From Alphaproteobacteria bacterium (GTDB taxonomy: Bacteria; Pseudomonadota; Alphaproteobacteria; SP197), in assembly GCA_965228895.1 (NCBI GenBank), contig OZ245842.1, forward strand, positions 1,312,001 through 1,376,000: 64,000 bases of DNA. Direction: 5' to 3'. This document shows, in pieces, positions 57,620 to 64,000 of the stretch (position 1 is its first letter; each line of letters opens with the position of its first letter). Position numbers and translations under genes: made by a program. A model generated the notes under the pieces. It was given only the letters and a program-made list of their open reading frames with translations, did not search any database and had not been told where the DNA came from.

Positions 57620-58756
57620 CTAGCTAAGCTTGGCGAACCGCTCGAGGTGCCAGTCGACGTCACCGAACAGGCGGGCAACGATGGTCAAGCGCTTGAAGTA
57701 ATGACCGGCGGCGTATTCCTCGGTCATGCCGATACCGCCATGAAGCTGAATCGCCTCCTGCCCGACAAGGCGGCCGGATTTGCCGATCTGTGCCTTCATG
57801 GCCGAGACCGCCAGACGCCGTTCGTCCCGGTCGTCGCTATCGACATCGTTCATGTAGACCGTGGTCAACGAGCGCGCTTCTTCCAGGGCGACGAACATAT
57901 CGACCATGCGGTGCTGCAGGGCCTGGAACTTGCCGATTGGCTGGCCGAACTGCTCACGCGTCTTCGAGTAGTCGATGGTGAGGTCGTTCAGGGCCGCCAT
58001 CAGACCCAGCGCTTCGCCGCATAGGGCCGCGGCGCCGCGGTCGATGGTCTCCTCGATTACCGGATAGGCCGCGCCTTCTTCGCCGATCAGCGCGTCCGAT
58101 GAAACCTCGACGCCATCAAAGCTGATTTCGGCGGCACGGCTGCCGTCGTTGGTGGCGTATCCTCTGCGGCTCACGCCAGATGCATCGGCGTCGACCAGAA
58201 ACAGCGAGAGACCGTCTTCGTCGCGGTCGCCGCCGGCCATGCGGGCGCTTACCACCAGGCGGTCGGCGGTGTCGCCGTTCAGCACCACAGACTTCGCGCC
58301 GTCCAGCTTGTAACCACTGTCTTGGCTTTTGGCGGTGGTTGTCACCGCGGCGATATCGTTGCGCGACTGTCGTTCGCCATGGGCAAACGCCATCAGCGTT
58401 TCGCCGGCGACGAGAGAAGGCAAAACATCCTGCTGCTGCGCCGACGTGCCCGCGCGCGCCAGCGTGCCGCCGCCCAGGACGACGCTGGCCAAGAATGGTT
58501 CGTTGACCAGGCCCCGGCCCAGTGACTCGGAGAGGATGGCGACATCCTTGGCGCCGCCGAAGCCGCCGACATCCTCAGGCAGGCCCAGACCAAGCCAGCC
58601 CAGTTCAGCGAAGGTTTTCCAGACTTCCGGCCGGAAACCCTGTTCGCTCTTCGCCGACGCTCGGCGATCGGAGAACTTGTAGTCGCGCTCGACAAACCGG
58701 TCGGCGCTCTCCTTTATCAACTGTTGCTCGCTGGAGAGCTCCAGGTCGATCATCAC
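57620..58756 (-). CDS. Acyl-CoA dehydrogenase, PimD-like subunit
   Basis: LSSEQQ, FAELGWLG, REQFGQPIGKFQALQHR and IQLHGGIGMT. Confidence 0.88.
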   Translation of the reverse strand: MMIDLELSSEQQLIKESADRFVERDYKFSDRRASAKSEQGFRPEVWKTFAELGWLGLGLPEDVGGFGGAKDVAILSESLGRGLVNEPFLASVVLGGGTLARAGTSAQQQDVLPSLVAGETLMAFAHGERQSRNDIAAVTTTAKSQDSGYKLDGAKSVVLNGDTADRLVVSARMAGGDRDEDGLSLFLVDADASGVSRRGYATNDGSRAAEISFDGVEVSSDALIGEEGAAYPVIEETIDRGAAALCGEALGLMAALNDLTIDYSKTREQFGQPIGKFQALQHRMVDMFVALEEARSLTTVYMNDVDSDDRDERRLAVSAMKAQIGKSGRLVGQEAIQLHGGIGMTEEYAAGHYFKRLTIVARLFGDVDWHLERFAKLS

Positions 58757-58805
58757 GTCACTCCCACGGGGTCACATTGATTTCTTGTTCTCGTCGCGCT
58801 GGATG

Positions 58806-58945
58806 CTAGAGCAGATCCCGTTTTGATGGAATCGCTTCGCGATGCCATCGAGATGGGTGAATCTGCTCTACTCACAAATATAGAGCGGATTCGCGTGGTC
58901 AGGTAGGATCGCTCAACGATTCTACCTGGCCACGATCCGCTCTAG
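58806..58945. repeat. Palindromic intergenic repeat element (RIME/BRU-RS-like), copy 2
   Basis: Two adjacent hairpin modules: TAGAGCAGAT..GATGG..CCATC..ATCTGCTCTA and TAGAGCGGAT..GTGG.CAGGTAG..CTACCTG.CCAC.ATCCGCTCTAG. The terminal CTA is the stop codon of the adjacent gene. Confidence 0.8.
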
Positions 58946-60138
58946 AGGCCCAGCACCGCCTTGGCGATGATGTTTTTCTGAATCTCGTTCGAGCCACCGT
59001 AGATCGTCACCTTGCGGGTGTTGAAATAAGTCGGCGCCGCCGGCATGGCGTAGTCGGGGCCCACCGGCTCCTCGTTCCAACCCTCTTCCATGGCTTCGGG
59101 GATGAAGGGCAGGGCGTAATTGCCGACCGCGTCCATGGTGAGCTCGGTCAGCGCCTGATCGAGCTCGGTGCCGCGGATCTTGATGAACGAGGCTTCCGGT
59201 CCCGGCGTCTTGCCGGCGACCTGATCGGCCAACAGGCGCAATGTGGTCGCCTCCAGCGCCATGATCTGGATTTCCGTATCGGCGACTCTGTGGCGGAAAC
59301 GCGAGTTTTCCAAGAGCGGTTTGTCGCCATCCATTTCGTTGGCGGCGATGTCCTTGATGCGTCTTAGCGCGCGTTTCGCCTGAGGGATGCCGGCCATGTT
59401 TGTGCGCTCATAACCCAACAGGAACTTGGCATAGGTCCAACCCTTGTCCTGTTCACCGATCAGGTTGCCGACCGGCACGCGCACATCGTCGAACATAACG
59501 GTGTTGACCTCGTGACCGCCTTCCATGGTGATGATCGGATTGATAGAGATACCCGGGCTCTTCATGTCGATCAGCAGGAACGAAATGCCTTCCTGCTTCT
59601 TTCCGCTGCTGTCTGTGCGCACCAGGCAGAACATCCAATCGGCCCAATGACCCATCGTGGTCCATGTCTTACCGCCGTTGACCACATAGTGATCGCCGTC
59701 CAGGACCGCCTTGCACTTAAGGCTGGCGAGGTCGGAGCCGGAATTGGGTTCAGAGTAGCCCTGACACCAGAAGACATCGGCGGTGAGAATACCGGGCAGG
59801 TGTTCTTTTTTCTGTTCCTCGGTCCCGAAATGCATGATGACCGGCGCCACCATATCAGGGCCAAACGGCATCTCGCCGGGCGCGCCGGCCTCGCCGAGTT
59901 CGGTCTCGAAGATATAGTGCTGGACCGGACTCCAGTCACAGCCGCCGTATTCGGTCGGCCAGTGCGGGCATGACCAGCCCTTGGCGTGGAGCTTCTTGTG
60001 CCATGTGACGTAGTCGTCCCGACTCAAGCCATGGCCGGCCAAGACCTTATCGCTGATCGCCGGCGGCAGTTCGGCGGCAAGAAAGGCTCTGACCTCGTCG
60101 CGAAAAGCGCGATCGGCATCACTCAGGTTGATCTGCAT
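58942..60138 (-). CDS. Acyl-CoA dehydrogenase, PimC-like subunit
   Basis: FRDEVRAF, WCQGYSEPNSGSDLASL, KQEGISFLL and TIYGGSNEIQKNII. Confidence 0.9.
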   Translation of the reverse strand: MQINLSDADRAFRDEVRAFLAAELPPAISDKVLAGHGLSRDDYVTWHKKLHAKGWSCPHWPTEYGGCDWSPVQHYIFETELGEAGAPGEMPFGPDMVAPVIMHFGTEEQKKEHLPGILTADVFWCQGYSEPNSGSDLASLKCKAVLDGDHYVVNGGKTWTTMGHWADWMFCLVRTDSSGKKQEGISFLLIDMKSPGISINPIITMEGGHEVNTVMFDDVRVPVGNLIGEQDKGWTYAKFLLGYERTNMAGIPQAKRALRRIKDIAANEMDGDKPLLENSRFRHRVADTEIQIMALEATTLRLLADQVAGKTPGPEASFIKIRGTELDQALTELTMDAVGNYALPFIPEAMEEGWNEEPVGPDYAMPAAPTYFNTRKVTIYGGSNEIQKNIIAKAVLGL

Positions 60139-60553
60139 GGTGGTCTCCGAGAGTCCATAACGGCGGTGTTGGATTGGATGCTAGTTGATCTGACGCCAAA
60201 GAGAATGGTTTTTTGCGCTGATCGGAGGCGTGCTAGCCGCGCCAGAATGCCCGATGCAATTGAAACACTTCTCCCTTCAAGCATGACATGCAACTGAAAC
60301 ACACCGGTCCCAAATCGCGGGATGCACGGCGGCACTCCCGCGTCCGCCGCCCCAGACGCGAAGGGAGGCGCTCATGCCGATACGCTCAAGCAAGCTGCAT
60401 TCTACGCCCAGGATGGCCACCGCATTGGGCGGCGGCACCAATAAATGGGCCCGGCACACTGCCGAGTTGGCAAGTGGCCGTATCGATGGACAGACGCCGC
60501 CTCTAACGCCTCTTGCGGTTAATGCAAGTGCCGCCGATGCCTCGCATCCGGCG

Positions 60554-61336
60554 ATGGTGACCGAGCGTTTCGACCTCAGGCCTCTCACACTTGAACACGC
60601 GCCCTATGTTGCGGATCTTGGCGCGGATCCGGATGTCGTCAAGACCTTGATCTGTGACTGGTCAAGCGCCGAGCAGCGGCTTGCCATCGCGCGTGCTTGG
60701 ATAAAGCGAAATCAGGTCTTCGGTATCTGGGGCGTCTTCGATCGGGATGGCAGGTTCGGCGGCCACGGCCGATTTATCGGCTTCTGCGCGGTCGACGAAC
60801 CGCTTGAGCATGTCGGGCAAGGTCCTGAAATCTACTATGCCTTTTGTCGCAGCGCCTGGGGCAAGGGTGTGGCGACCGAGGTCGTCGGCATCATTATGCG
60901 CCACCTGTTCCGGCGCGGCGATATCGGCTCGCTTGAAGCGCTTGTGCTGGCCGGGTTGAACCCGGCTTCGCGCAGGCTGCTTGAAAACCTCGGCATGCGG
61001 TTGATTGGCCGCTTTCCGCATGTCGCCTATGCCGACAGCCAATGCGCGCCGACAATCCGCTATGAAGTCTGGCGGGTCAGGACGGCGACACCGTCAAACG
61101 CCCTCAGAAGATTGGAGGAAGCGGCCTATAAAATCGGGCAGTTCGTCGCCGAAGGCGTCGGGTCCAAGGAAGCGGTCGCCGCCTCACTCAGCGCGGCGGC
61201 CGAGGCCAATGGACTGGCGGCGCGTCTGGGCGAGGGCACCGTCGCCGACATCGTTGATGAAAGCCTGGCCGCCGGCCTGAAGGAAAATGGCCTGCTGCAT
61301 TACCGGCTCGTAAGACATGAGTGCCCGTGGCTCTAG
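60554..61336 (+). CDS. RimJ/RimL-type GNAT acetyltransferase with C-terminal extension (start uncertain)
   Basis: TERFDLRPL, EIYYAF..AWGKGVATE and NPASRRLLENLGM. Confidence 0.7.
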   Translation: MVTERFDLRPLTLEHAPYVADLGADPDVVKTLICDWSSAEQRLAIARAWIKRNQVFGIWGVFDRDGRFGGHGRFIGFCAVDEPLEHVGQGPEIYYAFCRSAWGKGVATEVVGIIMRHLFRRGDIGSLEALVLAGLNPASRRLLENLGMRLIGRFPHVAYADSQCAPTIRYEVWRVRTATPSNALRRLEEAAYKIGQFVAEGVGSKEAVAASLSAAAEANGLAARLGEGTVADIVDESLAAGLKENGLLHYRLVRHECPWL

Positions 61337-61415
61337 TCTGACGTCATGACCCCTGGCATCCATCGTCGCGATGCGTATGCTCTCGCCCGACACAGCGCTC
61401 TAGCGGGAGAAGCAC

Positions 61416-62186
61416 ATGGATATGTTTGGTTTGACCGGCAAGGTCGCCGTTGTGACGGGCGGTTCAAAAGGCATCGGGCGGGCGATCGCCGAGCGCATGG
61501 CCGAAGCCGGCGCCAAGGTCGTTGTTGCAAGCCGTAAACTGGACAAGTGCCAGGAGGTCGCCGACGGCATCAACGCGGCGGGCGGTGAAGCAATCGCGGT
61601 AGCCTGCAACGTCTCCCACATCGATCAGCTCGAAAACCTTGTCGACCAGACGTTGAAGGCGTTCGGCAAGGTTGACATCCTGGTCGGCAACGCCGCCGTC
61701 AACCCGCATTACGGTCCGATGACCGATATCGAGGAGACGGCCTTCGACAAGATCATGGACAGCAACATCAAGGCGAACCTGTGGCTCGCCCGCATGCTGC
61801 TGCCCCAGATGGCGGAACGGCGCGACGGCGTGGTAATCCTGTTGTCCAGCATAGCCGGCATCAAAGGCACCGACGATATCGGCGTCTACGGCATCTCCAA
61901 GGCTGCCGACAGCGCGATGGTCAGGAACCTGGCGGTGCGCTGGGGAGAGCACAACATCCGCTGCAACGCCATCGCGCCCGGCCTGATCAAGACCGACTTC
62001 GCCCGGGCGCTCTGGGAAAACCCGGAACGGCGGGCCGTGGTCGAGGCGAGCTATCCCCTGCGCCGCCTGGGCGAGCCCGACGATATCGCCGGCGTGGCGG
62101 TTTTCCTGGCCTCGCCGGCGGGCAGCTACATCACCGGCCAGACAATTGTCGTTGATGGCGGCTCGACAATCGTCGCCAGCGTTTGA
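61416..62186 (+). CDS. SDR family oxidoreductase (DHRS4-like)
   Basis: TGGSKGIG, NAAVNP, YGISK and APGLIKTDFARALW. Confidence 0.92.
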   Translation: MDMFGLTGKVAVVTGGSKGIGRAIAERMAEAGAKVVVASRKLDKCQEVADGINAAGGEAIAVACNVSHIDQLENLVDQTLKAFGKVDILVGNAAVNPHYGPMTDIEETAFDKIMDSNIKANLWLARMLLPQMAERRDGVVILLSSIAGIKGTDDIGVYGISKAADSAMVRNLAVRWGEHNIRCNAIAPGLIKTDFARALWENPERRAVVEASYPLRRLGEPDDIAGVAVFLASPAGSYITGQTIVVDGGSTIVASV

Positions 62187-62241
62187 CGCCAGCGCTCATC
62201 ATCACCATCTTTGGGAAGTCAGCAGCATCGAGGACGGTTTC

Positions 62242-62718
62242 ATGGTCAAGGCGACATTCGCAGCGGGTTGTTTCTGGAGCCCGGAGGAGACCTTCAGCCA
62301 GATCACCGGCGTGACGGCGACCCAGGTGGGCTATATCGGCGGTACGCTCGATAACCCGACTTACGAAGCCGTCTGCAGCGGCACGACCGGCCACGCCGAG
62401 GCCATCGAGATCGAGTTCGATCCAGACCGCATCACCTATGACGAGCTGCTCGACGTCTTTTGGTCGATCCACGATCCCACAACCAAGGACCGCCAGGGAC
62501 CGGATATCGGCAGCCAGTATCGCTCGGCAATCTTTGTTCATGATGGTGAGCAGCGCAGCGCGGCCGAGACCTCGACGAAGGCACGCCAGGACGCGCGCAC
62601 CGACGGCCGCACCATAGTGACGCAGATCGTTGATGCGCCGACCTTCTGGCCGGCCGAAGACTATCACCAGAGATTCCTGGAAAAGCGCCGCAGCAAGTTC
62701 GGCGGCTTGTTCGGCTGA
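62242..62718 (+). CDS. msrA: Peptide-methionine (S)-S-oxide reductase
   Basis: AAGCFW, NPTYEAVC..TGHAE, HDPT..RQGPD.GSQYRS and AEDYHQ. Confidence 0.93.
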   Translation: MVKATFAAGCFWSPEETFSQITGVTATQVGYIGGTLDNPTYEAVCSGTTGHAEAIEIEFDPDRITYDELLDVFWSIHDPTTKDRQGPDIGSQYRSAIFVHDGEQRSAAETSTKARQDARTDGRTIVTQIVDAPTFWPAEDYHQRFLEKRRSKFGGLFG

Positions 62719-62719
62719 C

Positions 62720-63799
62720 CTAACTGGCGGCTGCCGCCTTCGCCTTGTCGATCAGGGCACGCACGCGTTCGTCCATGACCGCGAACCGCTCGTCTTGGGT
62801 TTGGCCGCGCAGATAGCGGATGTAGATCTGCTGTACGATCACGGCGATCTTGAAGGCGCCGAACACCTCGTACCAGATTAGTCGTGAGAGATCGAAGCCC
62901 GTCCGACCGCCATAGGCCTCTCTGATCTCCTGGCGGGTCGGAAAGCCGGGCCGGTCGGTCGGCATCCACGCGGCCTTGCGCTGCAAGTCGCTGTCTGTGG
63001 CTTCGGCCCAATAGTTCAGCAGGTTGGCAAGATCGAGCAGCGGGTCACCGCGCGTGCACATGTCCCAATCGAGCACGGCGACCGCGCGTGCCGGGTCGTC
63101 ATGGGCGACCATGATGTTGTCGAGCTTGAAGTCGTTATGGACCAGGGTGACCTGATCGGAGTCGGGGATATCGGTCTCGATCCAGGTAATCAGATCGCCG
63201 GCATCGGGCGCGTTTTCGTCGACGGCGGCATTCCAGCGCTTGACCCAGCCCGCGACCTGCCGTGCAACGAAACCTTCCGGGCGGCCCAGGTCGCCTAGAC
63301 CGACGCTTTCGGGGTCGACCCGGTGAAAGTCCGCCAGGCTGTCGACGATCATGCGGCCGATCCGCTGGCAGAGCGGCGGGTCGTTGTTGATGACGGTCGT
63401 GTTGTTGGCCCGGATCACGAAGCCATCGCGCCGCTCCAGCACGTGAAAGTCGACGCCAAGGACGTCCGGATCGGTGCACAGAACGAAGCTGCGCGGCGCC
63501 AACGGGTAGGCGCGCCACAGGTCCTTTAAGACACGATGCTCGCGCTTCATGTCGTGTGCGCTTGGTGCTACGGGTCCGAGTGGGGGGCGGCGCAGGACAA
63601 ACTCGTTCTCGGCGAACCGCAGCAAGTAAGTGAGGTTGGCGTGGCCGCCGCCAAACTGCCGGACGCTGAGTGGGCCTTCTGCGCCCTCCAGGTTATCGCG
63701 CAGCCAGGGCTCCAAACGTGTCAGATCGAGTGTTTCGTCGGCCCGAACATCGATAGTCTCGGGGTCGCTGGCAGATCGTTTGTCGCGCCCCGACGTCAT
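62720..63799 (-). CDS. Phosphotransferase family protein (APH/ACAD10-associated)
   Basis: GGHANLTY, VLRRPP, AHDMKRE, HNDFKLDN and VLDWDM..GDPL.DL. Confidence 0.9.
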   Translation of the reverse strand: MTSGRDKRSASDPETIDVRADETLDLTRLEPWLRDNLEGAEGPLSVRQFGGGHANLTYLLRFAENEFVLRRPPLGPVAPSAHDMKREHRVLKDLWRAYPLAPRSFVLCTDPDVLGVDFHVLERRDGFVIRANNTTVINNDPPLCQRIGRMIVDSLADFHRVDPESVGLGDLGRPEGFVARQVAGWVKRWNAAVDENAPDAGDLITWIETDIPDSDQVTLVHNDFKLDNIMVAHDDPARAVAVLDWDMCTRGDPLLDLANLLNYWAEATDSDLQRKAAWMPTDRPGFPTRQEIREAYGGRTGFDLSRLIWYEVFGAFKIAVIVQQIYIRYLRGQTQDERFAVMDERVRALIDKAKAAAAS

Positions 63800-63830
63800 G
63801 GCCGTTGCCTGGTCCCGCAAGGCCTTCGGC

Positions 63831-64000
63831 TCAGCAAATCTCGAACAGGCCGGCCATGCCCTGACCGCCGCCGATGCACATGGTGACGACCGCATGTTTG
63901 GCGCCGCGGCGCTTGCCTTCGATCAGCGCGTGGCCGGTCATGCGCGCCCCTGACATGCCGTAGGGGTGGCCGATCGAAATCGAGCCGCCGTCAACATTGA
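63831..64000 (-). CDS. Acetyl-CoA C-acyltransferase (thiolase), C-terminal fragment
   Basis: Read manually: [19 protein letters not shown]...[18 protein letters not shown]-stop. Confidence 0.9.
   Translation of the reverse strand, partial: NVDGGSISIGHPYGMSGARMTGHALIEGKRRGAKHAVVTMCIGGGQGMAGLFEIC

Overview
GC-rich bacterial DNA, most likely from an Alphaproteobacterium. The inference rests on an alpha-type GAAC-N7-GAAY LexA box, CTAGAGC...GCTCTAG intergenic palindromic elements, and DUF992 and pimCD-like genes. About 55 CDS are present; no rRNA, tRNA, CRISPR array or transposase was seen. Recognisable modules include an imuA-imuB-dnaE2 mutasome cassette, a yhiI-rbbA-yhhJ ABC system, a methylated-osmolyte catabolic region (DoeA-like, DddP-like, Rieske, OYE demethylase-like), and CoA and fatty-acid metabolism genes. 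The standout locus is 39.9-47.3 kb, in this order: a class III cyclase-STAND-TPR gene; a perfect TGTGA-N6-TCACA CRP-type box; a 266-aa protein made of a 53-aa leader plus 15 copies of [H/S/Y]ASSRLAI[D/E]P in five 132-bp blocks; YcaO; TfuA; and a Crp/Fnr regulator. This looks like a cyclic-nucleotide-controlled, multi-core thioamide RiPP (or poly-thioamidated protein) system with no adjacent protease or transporter. All calls come from motif recognition by eye; no database searches were run.
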